A DNA stretch of 64,000 nucleotides from an uncultured Candidatus Saccharibacteria bacterium (GTDB lineage Bacteria; Patescibacteriota; Minisyncoccia; UBA6257; 2-01-FULL-56-20). The stretch is taken from positions 2,452 to 66,451 of the forward strand of contig CAYOEP010000002.1 in assembly GCA_964403045.1 (NCBI GenBank), given 5' to 3'. This document shows positions 1 through 12,049 of this stretch, piece by piece. The position numbers and the translations under genes were made by a program. Every line of letters starts with the position of its first letter. Positions within the stretch are counted from its first letter, which is position 1. A model generated the notes under the pieces. It was not told the DNA's origin. It made no database searches and saw only the letters and a list, made by a program, of their open reading frames with translations.

Positions 1-438
1 AATCCAGTAGGTTCGGGAAATTCCCAGCATCTTTCTGACTGGTATTCGTTCTCGCATATCATTCACGGGTTTTTGTTCTATTTTTTCCTGTGGCTTGTGT
101 TGCGCCGCTTACCGCTGGGGGCGCGGTTTCTCGGGGCGCTTCTGGTCGAGACGGGGTGGGAGCTTTTGGAAAATACTGATTGGGTTATCAACTACTACCG
201 TACGGAGACAATCTCGCTCGACTACTACGGCGACAGCATCATTAACTCTGTGGCTGATGTGCTGTTTATGGCACTCGGGTTTTTTCTTGCGCGGCGGTTG
301 CCAGTAGGGGCAACGGTGGCACTTGCGGTCTTTTTTGAGCTCTTTACCCTCTACTTTATCCGCGACAATCTCACACTCAACGTGCTGATGTTGCTCTATC
401 CGCTCGAGGCAGTGAAGCGCTGGCAAATAGGCGGATAA
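1..438 (+). CDS. DUF2585 (UPF0314) family membrane protein, 5'-truncated by window edge
   Basis: Frame open from base 1; [24 protein letters not shown] and YYGDSIINS motifs typical of DUF2585. Confidence 0.85.
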   Translation, partial: NPVGSGNSQHLSDWYSFSHIIHGFLFYFFLWLVLRRLPLGARFLGALLVETGWELLENTDWVINYYRTETISLDYYGDSIINSVADVLFMALGFFLARRLPVGATVALAVFFELFTLYFIRDNLTLNVLMLLYPLEAVKRWQIGG

Positions 439-442
439 AAAG

Positions 443-471
443 AAAGCCCCCGTGCCTGCAGCAGGGGGCTT
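443..471. terminator. Hairpin between convergent genes (likely bidirectional terminator)
   Basis: aagccccc...gggggctt inverted repeat flanked by an A-run. Confidence 0.6.
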
Positions 472-476
472 GTGAT

Positions 477-980
477 TCAGTTGGTATTCCGCCGCCGCAC
501 TCGCAGGAGGAGCTGGCGGATTTTTCGGCGGTGGCTTTCGGGCGCGTCCGCCAGCCTATTTTCAATTTCCTTCACTTTTTCCACCAGCCGGGCGCACTCC
601 CGGCAGTGTTTGACATGACCCTCCACCTCTCGTTGCCTCCCGTTCAGACTGAGGCCCATCGCGAGGTGGACAAGCTCCTCCGATGGAGGATGGAATCCTG
701 GAGCTTCCTTAAGGAGATTTTGGAGGTATTTTAGGAAGTAATATTCTTCCTGGCATTCTCCGCACTCCTCGAGGTGCTTGTGGATTCTTCGGATAGTGAC
801 TTTGTCGAGGTCGGGCCGTCCCGGCCTCGCGTAGTCGGCGAGGAGCTGGAATGCTTCCTCGTGCGACATTTCCTGTTGTGCCGCGCGCCAGCGGATTGTT
901 GCGGCAACGGCAACTACTCCTCCGATTACCGCAAATGCTATCAGGATTGCGAGAACAACCGCGGCAATGAATAAACTCAA
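477..980 (-). CDS. N-terminal TM protein with two zf-HC2 (anti-sigma-like HxxxCxxC) motifs
   Basis: AGGAGG 4 nt before a TTG at 980; hydrophobic N-terminus; HLEECGEC and HVKHCREC. Confidence 0.7.
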   Translation of the reverse strand: MSLFIAAVVLAILIAFAVIGGVVAVAATIRWRAAQQEMSHEEAFQLLADYARPGRPDLDKVTIRRIHKHLEECGECQEEYYFLKYLQNLLKEAPGFHPPSEELVHLAMGLSLNGRQREVEGHVKHCRECARLVEKVKEIENRLADAPESHRRKIRQLLLRVRRRNTN

Positions 981-1074
981 TTTTCCTCCTTTCTGGCGTA
1001 AGGGTGTACCGGTATAGTTTTTATCACAAATATTTGAGTAAGTCAATTCCCTGCGCGGAGCGCTGTTCTGCGGG

Positions 1075-1104
1075 AAAAATCTCCGCGGTACCGCGGAGAT
1101 TTTT
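1075..1104. terminator. Perfect 30-bp palindrome, probable terminator
   Basis: aaaaatctccgcggt|accgcggagattttt just downstream of the 1123-1392 gene. Confidence 0.7.
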
Positions 1105-1122
1105 ATGGGGAAAGGGGATACG

Positions 1123-1392
1123 CTAGCCGCGCCGCTCACGCAGACGTTTCAGGTTTTCGATGGTAACCATAATCTCCCTCGCGTCTCGGCATTCTCTGCA
1201 CTGCGTGAGGTGGGCGTTGATTTTCCGTTCCTGTTCGTGGTTGAGCTCGCCCCGTACGAATTTTGGAATGAGCTTGAGCAGAATCTCATCGTGGGGGTTT
1301 TGTACTGCTTTTCTCTCGCCCACGATAAGAATCAAAATGACGATGAAAGCGCCAACTACCAGTGCAATCCCGACAGCTCCCGTGAAGGTCAT
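1123..1392 (-). CDS. Small TM protein with one zf-HC2 motif
   Basis: N-terminal TM helix; INAHLTQCRECR; GAGGA upstream of ATG. Confidence 0.7.
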   Translation of the reverse strand: MTFTGAVGIALVVGAFIVILILIVGERKAVQNPHDEILLKLIPKFVRGELNHEQERKINAHLTQCRECRDAREIMVTIENLKRLRERRG

Positions 1393-1500
1393 TGTTCCTC
1401 ATTTCCGCAATGAGGAGTGCCACGGTTGTTGTAGCAAGTTTTGGGGAGCACTGTCAAGGAGAAGAAGAAAATGGCATAATAAATATGGTATAATAGCAGC

Positions 1501-2256
1501 ATGCGGGAAAATCATAGTAGTCTTAGCAAAAGAGGGGGGTTTGCCGCCGCGCTGTTGCTTGCCGCAGCTGCGGCGGTGGTAGTTGCAGGCGCAGTAACAT
1601 TCGTCTACGTTGCCCGGAAGAGCTCGCCGGCATCCCCGCCGCGCGGGTCATTCCATGGGCCTACTACTCCTCCTCCTGTCCCTGTTTCCCAAGGGAACAA
1701 CGGAGGAGCGAACGGCACGGATTTTGAAGGTGCGAATGACAGGCCGGCGGGGGCAGAAAATGAATACGCATTCCATATTGCGCCGACGGCATACCAGGGG
1801 CCGGAATGGTCGCGTTTTTCAGGGGAAGGATTTTCCTTCGCTGTCCCGCTCTCTCGAGAGCAGGTTCAAGTGGAGCAGGGAGAGGGATATTTGCGGCTTT
1901 ACGGAAACTGCAGCGAGAAAGTTCCACCCGATGGCGGTTTTGGCAATTGCGAGTACTATGTGGCGGCAGAGGTACTGCCGGGCCCGCTGCGGGAGAGCGC
2001 AATCCCGTCATATTTCCAGCATGAAGGAGGAGGGGTCATTACCAAAGTACGAGTCAACGGGAGAAAATTCTACATTGGGCGGCGCAGTGTTTATGCAACT
2101 GAACTTTGGGAGACATACACCAGCTGGGACGAAAAAGTACTCAACATCTCTTTTGGAGGAAGGGCGTTTGTTCGGAGCGGAGGCGAGACTATTACCAAGG
2201 AGGAGCTCGATGCAATCGTGCCGGTGCTTGCTTCAATTTCCCCCAGTGCAATGTAG
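1501..2256 (+). CDS. Membrane-anchored/secreted hypothetical protein
   Basis: KRGGF plus hydrophobic N-terminus, Pro-rich linker; TGG-TATAAT at 1486-1494 six nt before ATG. Confidence 0.7.
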   Translation: MRENHSSLSKRGGFAAALLLAAAAAVVVAGAVTFVYVARKSSPASPPRGSFHGPTTPPPVPVSQGNNGGANGTDFEGANDRPAGAENEYAFHIAPTAYQGPEWSRFSGEGFSFAVPLSREQVQVEQGEGYLRLYGNCSEKVPPDGGFGNCEYYVAAEVLPGPLRESAIPSYFQHEGGGVITKVRVNGRKFYIGRRSVYATELWETYTSWDEKVLNISFGGRAFVRSGGETITKEELDAIVPVLASISPSAM

Positions 2257-2354
2257 TACACGCTCCCGCGTAGCGCGTTGTAGTTTTCGTGGGACTGTGC
2301 TATTCTAGCTAGTACCAGAGAGAAAGGTCGAAAAGCTAGCAGGAGAACAAATCT

Positions 2355-2579
2355 ATGGAACATTACGTATGCAAGGGATGCGGAGGCGTTTCCCAGACCG
2401 CAGGAACGTGCCAGGGCGAGAATTGCCCCAACAAGGGGCAGGCGCTTGAGGCATGCAGCTGTGGCGACGCTTCCAAGCATTCTCAGGCAGGAATGGGAGG
2501 ATCGCAGGAATCTGCACCCCAGCAGCCTCCCCAGCAGGAAGGGCAGCAGCCTGAGCAGCCGCAGCAGCCCGCTGCATAG
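2355..2579 (+). CDS. Small Cys-rich putative metal-binding protein with Q/P-rich tail
   Basis: Six Cys (CxxC...CxC) then PQQ repeats; AGGAG and AAAGGTCG upstream. Confidence 0.7.
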   Translation: MEHYVCKGCGGVSQTAGTCQGENCPNKGQALEACSCGDASKHSQAGMGGSQESAPQQPPQQEGQQPEQPQQPAA

Positions 2580-2684
2580 GGCGCATTCCCTTTTTGTGAA
2601 AGATGCCTCTCGTATGAGAAGGAATTTTTCCTTTCATTCGTTTGCTGGCAGCTTGCGGCAAAATATGCTACGGGAGAGACTATT

Positions 2685-2738
2685 AGCAATGAGGGCTCTG
2701 GAGGAAATTTCTACGCACATTCATGAGCCCCCATTGCT
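2685..2738. ncRNA. Stem-loop candidate (14-bp stem, 26-nt loop, UUUCCUCCA on minus strand)
   Basis: agcaatgagggctc / gagcccccattgct; the single A-C mismatch becomes G-U on the minus strand. Confidence 0.4.
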
Positions 2739-2801
2739 GTTCCGGCCTGTTGTTTTCGTTGCATGTACTATAAGGTCGTCGCGTGCATTGTCCATAGTCC
2801 A

Positions 2802-2984
2802 ATGAGTGACATTTCTCGAAAGCGAAGAAGGTTACAAATACGACAGAGGAGGAAGCGTCGTGCAAAGCTCGCGAAGTTGCGCGAGAAGTATGCGCGCGCG
2901 AGCGACCCGCAGCAGCGTGCGGCAATTGCAGCGAAGGCGCGGCGCGTGCAGCCGGCAGGGGATATTCTTTCCTCGTTTTCCTAA
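2802..2984 (+). CDS. Small basic protein (DUF6800-like)
   Basis: MSDISRKRRRLQIRQRRKRRAKLAKLREKY; AAGGTCG 23 nt upstream; hairpin at about 3015-3036. Confidence 0.65.
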   Translation: MSDISRKRRRLQIRQRRKRRAKLAKLREKYARASDPQQRAAIAAKARRVQPAGDILSSFS

Positions 2985-3135
2985 TTCGCAATTTTTTTCC
3001 TCACTATGAAAGCTGCCCCCCGCAAGGGGGATTTTTGACTTTTTACTCGCCCTTCCCTATGCTGGGAGCGGCACATATTCATGCGTTATTGGAGATGACG
3101 GTGGTGGTGATGATGATGAGGGAGGAGGAATTACG

Positions 3136-3720
3136 ATGAAGGCATTTCTTCGTGTCGCGCTTCGCGATTTTCTGAAGGTGGGCGCGGTGTTGCCGAGTTC
3201 TCGGTATGCCGCGCGGCGCATTGTGGCGCTGGCGCCGCGCCAGTGCAAGATGGTAGTGGAGTATGGCGCCGGGAATGGTGCGATCACGCGCGCCCTGCTA
3301 TGGTCGCCGGTGCTTGCGCCGAATGGGATACTCATTGCCATTGAGCAGAATGCAGAATTCTGCAGAGCGCTGCGTGCTATCCCCGATCCCCGCTTGAAAG
3401 TGTACGAAGGGGATGTAGCAACATTCTGCAACCGCTTTCTCCTCAGCGGCAAGCGGGCTGACCTGATAGTATCTGGAATTCCATTCTCATTTCTTTCTCC
3501 TGCGGCGCGAAAGACGCTTCTCCGCAAAGCTTACTCTATTCTCTGTCGAGGGGGAGTGTTTATTGTCTATCAGCATTCCCCGCTCTTGGCGGGGTATCTG
3601 AAGGACATTTTTGGGAATGTCCAGCGCTCGGTGGAATGGCGCAATTTTCCCCCTTACGTGGTGATGCGGTCTGCAAAGATGTTGTCCCAGGACGATAAGT
3701 TTTCCACAGCTTTTTGTTGA
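3136..3720 (+). CDS. Class I SAM-dependent methyltransferase, phospholipid N-methyltransferase (PmtA/COG3963)-like
   Basis: VGAVLPSS, VVEYGAGNG SAM-binding motif, IVSGIPF, NFPP; strong SD. Confidence 0.8.
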   Translation: MKAFLRVALRDFLKVGAVLPSSRYAARRIVALAPRQCKMVVEYGAGNGAITRALLWSPVLAPNGILIAIEQNAEFCRALRAIPDPRLKVYEGDVATFCNRFLLSGKRADLIVSGIPFSFLSPAARKTLLRKAYSILCRGGVFIVYQHSPLLAGYLKDIFGNVQRSVEWRNFPPYVVMRSAKMLSQDDKFSTAFC

Positions 3721-3749
3721 CAGACAGGAAGGGGCACTTTACCTTTAAG

Positions 3750-3843
3750 GGTAGAACTTCCACAACTAAACACTTTTTCCATTACTGCCGCTTGGCAGCC
3801 AAAAACGCGAGGGTCCTCCAAGAAGAGGACCCTTTTGCTTTTT
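3750..3843 (+). ncRNA. Putative ~90-nt sRNA
   Basis: TTGACA(3717)-17-TACCTT(3740); terminator agggtcctc/gaggaccct plus T-run. Confidence 0.35.
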
Positions 3844-3914
3844 GCGCGCCCGAGCTGAAAGGAATGTGATCAAGATTAGAGACGACTTTCCTGAAAGGAA
3901 CGGGAAAGCGCAAG

Positions 3915-4967
3915 CTATTCCGGTTTCTCATCGGGCTTTTCTTGCTCGAGGAGCTGCAGTACTTTTTCATTGGTGAGCACCTTCCGTACGTAGGAGCGAA
4001 TGAGCTCTGGATCCTGGTTGGGATTGCGCTGCTGGAGCAGCTTGGCGCTGGCGGCAACTTCTTCGTCGTCGACTGTAATGTGCTCCCGTTCTGCAATTTT
4101 TTCAAAAATGAGGCGTGCTTTGAGCTGGCGGATAACGTAGTCCCGGTGCTCTTGCCGCACCTGCTCGGCAGTCTTTTTGGTATGGGCAAGGTATTCGGCA
4201 AGGCTGGTGCCCGATTGTTTGAGATATTTCTCAAAATCCCTTTCCGTTTTTTCTGTTTCTTCATCGATGAGTGCCTCGGGGAGCGTGATAGTGGTTGCCT
4301 CGATGAGTGCTGCGGCGATGCGTTCCCGTAATTGTCTCTTGATCCCTTCCCTCTTTTCTTGTTGGAGGTGCTGGCGCACTTTTTCTCGAAGGTCGTTCAC
4401 GTTCTTGAACGACCCCATCTTTTGGGCAATTTCGTCGGTGGGCAGCTTAGGTTCATCAGCGGTTTTGCTGCTTGAAGCTGTCTTGCTGAGATAAAGCTTT
4501 GTCAGAGTAGTGAGTGCTTGCGTTACTTCTTCATCGGTCACTTCTGTAGAAGGCTGCTGTTCCAAGACGGTGCGCGCGATGCGGCGGTAGTCTGGCAGCT
4601 GCAGTGGCGGGGCAGTGAAAATCTGCACCACAAATGCAACTGGCTGTTTTGGCGCGAGGCGGGTGATTTGGATGCGCGGCGGCGCGAGCGGTGCTACCTT
4701 TCTTTCCGCAAGGAGGCGCGGTGCCGTATCCTGTAGCGCTATTCTCGCAGCTTCTTCGAGAATTGCCGCTTCGCCCACTTCGCGTTTTACAATGTCGTCT
4801 GGCGCCCTACCTTTTCTGAATCCAGGCACGGCAAGATCACTGCGAAATTTCTCTAGCGCTTTTTGGAGGTAGGATGCAAGTTTCGCAGGGGGAATTTCGC
4901 CGTGAATTTCCACAACGCCTTCGTTTGTTTCGCGGATATTGTTGATGTGGTAGATGGATTGATCCAT
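3915..4967 (-). CDS. tig: Trigger factor lacking the FKBP PPIase domain
   Basis: VPGFRKGRAP ribosome-binding motif, C-terminal domain present, only 350 aa. Confidence 0.9.
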   Translation of the reverse strand: MDQSIYHINNIRETNEGVVEIHGEIPPAKLASYLQKALEKFRSDLAVPGFRKGRAPDDIVKREVGEAAILEEAARIALQDTAPRLLAERKVAPLAPPRIQITRLAPKQPVAFVVQIFTAPPLQLPDYRRIARTVLEQQPSTEVTDEEVTQALTTLTKLYLSKTASSSKTADEPKLPTDEIAQKMGSFKNVNDLREKVRQHLQQEKREGIKRQLRERIAAALIEATTITLPEALIDEETEKTERDFEKYLKQSGTSLAEYLAHTKKTAEQVRQEHRDYVIRQLKARLIFEKIAEREHITVDDEEVAASAKLLQQRNPNQDPELIRSYVRKVLTNEKVLQLLEQEKPDEKPE

Positions 4968-5037
4968 GTGGATTGAGAGGGATGCAGTAGGTATAGCATA
5001 CGCGACGGGAATAGAATACGCAACTTTCTCGAATGGG

Positions 5038-5063
5038 AAAGCCGCCCGAAGTGGGGCGGCTTT
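5038..5063 (-). terminator. atp operon terminator
   Basis: aaagccgccc/ggggcggcttt hairpin after the last operon gene. Confidence 0.65.
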
Positions 5064-5078
5064 GATGGGATGCAGAGA

Positions 5079-5524
5079 CTAGGAAATGATGCGAGTGTCG
5101 CGGAAGGTGACAAATACGGGAATGATTTCCACGCCGTTCTGCAGGCGTGCTGTGAGCAGTTGTTTTGCCTGCTGCAAGTCCCGCGTGAGCGTGATGCGTT
5201 CTGCCTCCTCGTTGTCGTTGAATGCTTTTCTCCCGCCATAGGCACCGCAGTCCGTGTGGAGCATCAAAATGACTTTTGCGGGATGGTGCAGGCGGATCGA
5301 AGTTTTAATTTGCTTTACTAGTGCTTCTCGGTCAGCATCGTTGTCTGCCTTGACAAGTGCCTTCGCGCCGCCTGCTACAGAGACAAGGTCGTAGTGGCGG
5401 AGCCCAAGCGACTGCGCGAGCGCCTCGCGCGCGGGGCGAAACCGATCGTCGAAGCACCACACCACGCATGCATCCGCAGTATAGTGCTCCTTATTGCATT
5501 GGTGTTGGCACAGCGGGTTGTCCA

Positions 5525-5528
<4 letters not shown>
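5079..5528 (-). CDS. Beta-carbonic anhydrase-like protein
   Basis: CxDxR (CFDDRF) and HxxC (HTDCGAYG) zinc ligands; overlaps the atpC stop. Confidence 0.75.
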
Positions 5529-8180
<2,652 letters not shown>

Positions 8181-8186
8181 GGTACG

Positions 8187-9719
8187 TTAATTATTGTTCA
8201 TCGAGAAAAACTGCTCTACTGCCTTTGCAAGTGCTTTTTCTGTTGCTTCGTCTAATTTTCCGGACTTACGGATTGGCGAGAGGATATCCTGCTCGTGTTG
8301 GGCGGCGATAAAATCGAGAAGCTCATTCTCGCGCTTTTTGATTGAAGATACTTCAACTTTGTCGAAATAGCTGTTGAGCGCCGCGTAGAGCACGACGACC
8401 TGCTGCTCAAACGGCATGGGGTTGAGGTCAGTTTGCTTGAGCACCTCCGTGACAGCTTGGCCGTGGGTGATACGCGCCCGCGTTGCTGCATCAACATCTG
8501 CGGCGAACTGCACGAATGCCTGCAACTCTCGGAATTGCGCGAGTGCGAGGCGGAGCTTTCCTGCCACTTTCTTCATCGCTTTCGTTTGCGCAGAGGATCC
8601 CACGCGGGACACAGAAAGCCCTACATTAATGGCGGGACGGACGCCTTGATGAAAGAGGTTGCTCTCAAGGTAAATTTGGCCGTCGGTGATGGAGATAACG
8701 TTCGTCGGGATATAGGCGGTGACGTCGCCGAGTTGGGTTTCGATAATAGGAAGCGCAGTCAGCGAGCCGCCGCCTTTCTCTTTGCTCAGCTTTGCGGCGC
8801 GCTCCAAGAGGCGGGAGTGGAGGTAGAAAATATCTCCCGGGTATGCCTCGCGGCCCGGCGGTCGCCGCAACAAGAGCGAGATTTGGCGGTATGCCCACGC
8901 GTGCTTGGAAAGATCGTCATAAATGACCAGTGCATCTTCGCCTTTGTCGCGGAAATATTCTCCAATCGCGCATCCTGCGAAGGGGGCGAGGTACCACAAT
9001 GCTGCCGGGGAAGATGCGGGAGCAGAGACAATGATGGTATAGTCCAGCGCGCCGTGCTGCCGCAGGGTTTCGACTATGCGTGCGATTTTCGCTTCTTTTT
9101 GTCCTACGGCGACATAAATGCAGACAGGGGTGCGCAGGGGATCATTTTTTTGTGCGATAATGGCATCAAGGGCGATGGCGGTTTTCCCCGTCTGCCGGTC
9201 GCCGATGATGAGCTCGCGCTGTCCTCGCCCGATGGGTATCATCGCATCGATAGATTTAATGCCGGTGTGGAGCGGTGTATTGACGGGTTCCCGGTCAAGT
9301 ACTGAGGGAGCTCTTTCTTCAAGGAACCGGCGTGCACGCTCATCGCCTTCTTGAAAAACAGGTCCTTGGTTGTCGAGGGGATTGCCCAATGGATCAATTA
9401 CGCGTCCCTTCATCGCGTCGCCTACTTCCAGCGAGAGAATTTCCCCCGTCCCTTTTACCTCATCGCCTACCTTGATGTGGATGTAGTCATCAACGACCAG
9501 CGCACCTATCGCATTTTCTTCGAGGTTCAAGGCAAGCGCTCGGCGGGGCCCCTTGTCAGTCTGGATAGTAAGAAGTTCCTGGCTTTTCGCGCCAGTAAGT
9601 CCGGTGATTCTCACGATACCGTCTCCCACTTCTTCCACTTTGCCAATTTCTTCCCACTTGGGGTCATCTTGATAGTTGGCAATTTCCTTTTTTAGTTTTT
9701 CGATTATTTCGTAGGACAT
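8187..9719 (-). CDS. atpA: ATP synthase alpha subunit
   Basis: [18 protein letters not shown]. Confidence 0.99.
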   Translation of the reverse strand: MSYEIIEKLKKEIANYQDDPKWEEIGKVEEVGDGIVRITGLTGAKSQELLTIQTDKGPRRALALNLEENAIGALVVDDYIHIKVGDEVKGTGEILSLEVGDAMKGRVIDPLGNPLDNQGPVFQEGDERARRFLEERAPSVLDREPVNTPLHTGIKSIDAMIPIGRGQRELIIGDRQTGKTAIALDAIIAQKNDPLRTPVCIYVAVGQKEAKIARIVETLRQHGALDYTIIVSAPASSPAALWYLAPFAGCAIGEYFRDKGEDALVIYDDLSKHAWAYRQISLLLRRPPGREAYPGDIFYLHSRLLERAAKLSKEKGGGSLTALPIIETQLGDVTAYIPTNVISITDGQIYLESNLFHQGVRPAINVGLSVSRVGSSAQTKAMKKVAGKLRLALAQFRELQAFVQFAADVDAATRARITHGQAVTEVLKQTDLNPMPFEQQVVVLYAALNSYFDKVEVSSIKKRENELLDFIAAQHEQDILSPIRKSGKLDEATEKALAKAVEQFFSMNNN

Positions 9720-9728
9720 ATAGGCTGC

Positions 9729-10130
9729 TTATGTGTATTGCGACGCGTTGGGGAACATCTGTTGTAGTTTCCTCTTGAGGGAGCAGTCGAGGCGCATGGT
9801 GTCATTGATGGTGAGCCGTACTCCTGCGATGAGAGCAGGATTGAGGCGGGTTGTGACAACATCGGAAGACTTGAGGAAACTGCCAAACAGTTTATCTGCG
9901 CTTTCCTGCGGTGTGCGGGCGAATTCAATATCTACTTTCCTTCTGCCCGTGCGTGCAAGCAGGAGTCGTTCTGCCTCTCGGAGTATCTTTTTTGCCCGCG
10001 CCCGCATCCCGTGCCGCGTAAGGAGAGCGAGAAATCGCTGGCAAATGCGCGCTTGTGCTTCCTCTGAGGGGTTATCTGTGGCGAGCACTTCGGCGAGCGC
10101 ACGTGCGTAGTAGCTGGATGGGTACTTCAT
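9729..10130 (-). CDS. atpH: ATP synthase delta subunit (short)
   Basis: YARAL N-terminus, NPALIAGV...LDCSLK; operon position. Confidence 0.85.
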   Translation of the reverse strand: MKYPSSYYARALAEVLATDNPSEEAQARICQRFLALLTRHGMRARAKKILREAERLLLARTGRRKVDIEFARTPQESADKLFGSFLKSSDVVTTRLNPALIAGVRLTINDTMRLDCSLKRKLQQMFPNASQYT

Positions 10131-10636
10131 TGTGAATTATTCTTTGCCGCCTCCCGCACTGCCTGCGCAATGAGCTCCTTGTCGAACTGTTCGGGCGCAA
10201 GGTGGGCGAGGCGTGCACAGGCGTCGCGCACCAAGGCTTCTGCCTCTCGCGCAATGCGTTGTTTTGTCTCTAATGCCTTTGCGGCGATGAGTCGCTCAGC
10301 ATTTTGTAGCAGTTCGCGTTCTTTTTGATGTGCTTGTTGTATGATTTTCTGTTCTTTCTCCTTCCCTCGCTTTTCTGCGTCGCGAATGATGTGAACAGCG
10401 TGCTGTTCTGCTTCGTTGAGCTTTTCTTTCGCGTATTCTCCTGCTTCTTTCAGGCGTTCCTCTGCACGTGCTGCCTTTTCAATGCCTTCCTGAATCTTGC
10501 GCTTCCGTTCATGGAGGACGTGAATAATAGGCTGATAGACGAATTTCTTGAGAACGAGCAGCAGCACTAGAAAATTCACTATCTGCGCAAGCAACAGCTT
10601 CCAATCTATCCCGAGTTTTGTGAGAAGTTCCTGCAT
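10127..10636 (-). CDS. atpF: ATP synthase b subunit
   Basis: LLAQIVNFLVLLLVLKKFVYQPI followed by coiled coil. Confidence 0.95.
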   Translation of the reverse strand: MQELLTKLGIDWKLLLAQIVNFLVLLLVLKKFVYQPIIHVLHERKRKIQEGIEKAARAEERLKEAGEYAKEKLNEAEQHAVHIIRDAEKRGKEKEQKIIQQAHQKERELLQNAERLIAAKALETKQRIAREAEALVRDACARLAHLAPEQFDKELIAQAVREAAKNNSQ

Positions 10637-10676
10637 AGGGAAGGAAAAATGTAGGTATGAAGCTTTCTGCTTCTGC

Positions 10677-10940
10677 CTACACGAATTTAATGATGAGTGC
10701 GACTACTAATGCGTAGATTGCGATCGCTTCCGCGAACGCGATCGCAAGAATCATCGCGGTTTGGATTTTCGGCGCTGCTTCCGGATTCCTTCCGATTGCA
10801 TCGGATGCTTTTGACCCGATAAGGCCAATTGCAATGCTGGGTGCGATTGCGCCTATGCCAATTGCGAGTGCGGACGCGAGGAGGCGGATAGATTCTACAT
10901 CAAGAATTCCTCCTGTGATTTGTTGTGCTACTTCCTGCAT
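10677..10940 (-). CDS. atpE: ATP synthase c subunit (H+-type-like)
   Basis: GRNPEA loop; FAEAIAIY lacks the Na+-type E-S/T signature. Confidence 0.97.
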   Translation of the reverse strand: MQEVAQQITGGILDVESIRLLASALAIGIGAIAPSIAIGLIGSKASDAIGRNPEAAPKIQTAMILAIAFAEAIAIYALVVALIIKFV

Positions 10941-10981
10941 GGATTTTGTATCAAAGAGTATACTTTCCGACCTTTATACAG

Positions 10982-11737
10982 TTATACAGTATGGCTGCTA
11001 TGGTCTGCAGTGGCGATTGCAATGAATACAAGGGAGAGCATTGCAAATACAAATGCTTGGATAAAGCCGACAAATATTTCCAGCAAGAGGAAAGGAAGTG
11101 GCGCAAGGTAGGGAATAAGGAACGCGACAATTACAAGCAACACTTCGCCGGCGAATATGTTCCCGAAAAGACGAAACGAGAACGAGACTATTTTAGCAAC
11201 CTCTGAGACGAATTCAAGAATTCCGATAAAAAATCCTACTGGGCTTTTGAAATTGAAAAACTTTCCTAGATGGCTTTTCGCGCCAAGTGAAAGAATGGCA
11301 AAGAGGTTGGTGGCTACTACTGAGACTATGGCAACAGCAAGAGTAAAGTTCAAGTCACTGGAAGGAGCGCGGAAGAGAGGAACAACCTCCTCGCCATGCT
11401 GGATGAGGATGGTCCCCATTCCCGGCAGCAGTCCAACCCAGTTTGAAAATAGCACGGAGAAGAAGATTGTGGCAATGAGGGGAAGATATCGCTCCGCGAG
11501 CTTTCTGCTGCCGAGCACAGACTCCATTGTTGTGAGAATTGTCTCGATGAGCACTTCGGTAAGGTTTTGGAGCGCTGTGGGAATAAGCGCAAGTTTTCTT
11601 TTGATGGCGAGCGCAATCCCGAGAAACAACAGAAAGAGAAGAACGCTGACAAGCAGCGTGTTGGTGAAAGGAAAGGTACCGAGCGGCAGTACCTGCTCGG
11701 CGTTTAGCTGGATATGCGGTCCTCCGGTAGGCTCCAT
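10982..11737 (-). CDS. atpB: ATP synthase a subunit
   Basis: SFSFRLFGNIFAGE, IQAFVFAML. Confidence 0.97.
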   Translation of the reverse strand: MEPTGGPHIQLNAEQVLPLGTFPFTNTLLVSVLLFLLFLGIALAIKRKLALIPTALQNLTEVLIETILTTMESVLGSRKLAERYLPLIATIFFSVLFSNWVGLLPGMGTILIQHGEEVVPLFRAPSSDLNFTLAVAIVSVVATNLFAILSLGAKSHLGKFFNFKSPVGFFIGILEFVSEVAKIVSFSFRLFGNIFAGEVLLVIVAFLIPYLAPLPFLLLEIFVGFIQAFVFAMLSLVFIAIATADHSSHTV

Positions 11738-11906
11738 AAGAATAGGGTAGGATCAGCCGCAGTTTAAAAGTGTACTCCTTGAAAGAGAACCCAAGCACCT
11801 GGGTGCTTGGGCGGCCATTGTAGCAGGCGACGGAAAGAATTTCAAGTCCGTGGGCGGGTGTGGACGGTTGCGCGCGGAGGTCTTTTTTCGTACTATTGCG
11901 GTGGAT

Positions 11907-11978
11907 GCCGCCATCGTCTAACGGCCAGGACGGCTCTCTTTCAAGGAGCAAATCGGGGTTCGACTCCCCGTGGCGGCG
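11907..11978 (+). tRNA. tRNA-Glu(TTC), CCA not encoded
   Basis: Acceptor gccgcca/tggcggc, anticodon loop ctTTCaa, T-arm ggggttcgactcccc. Confidence 0.95.
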
Positions 11979-12049
11979 CAAAGCAATATTGGGTTTACAC
12001 ATTCTCGCAGTGCCTCGCAGGCAGATATGATATGATGAAGGGGTACACT

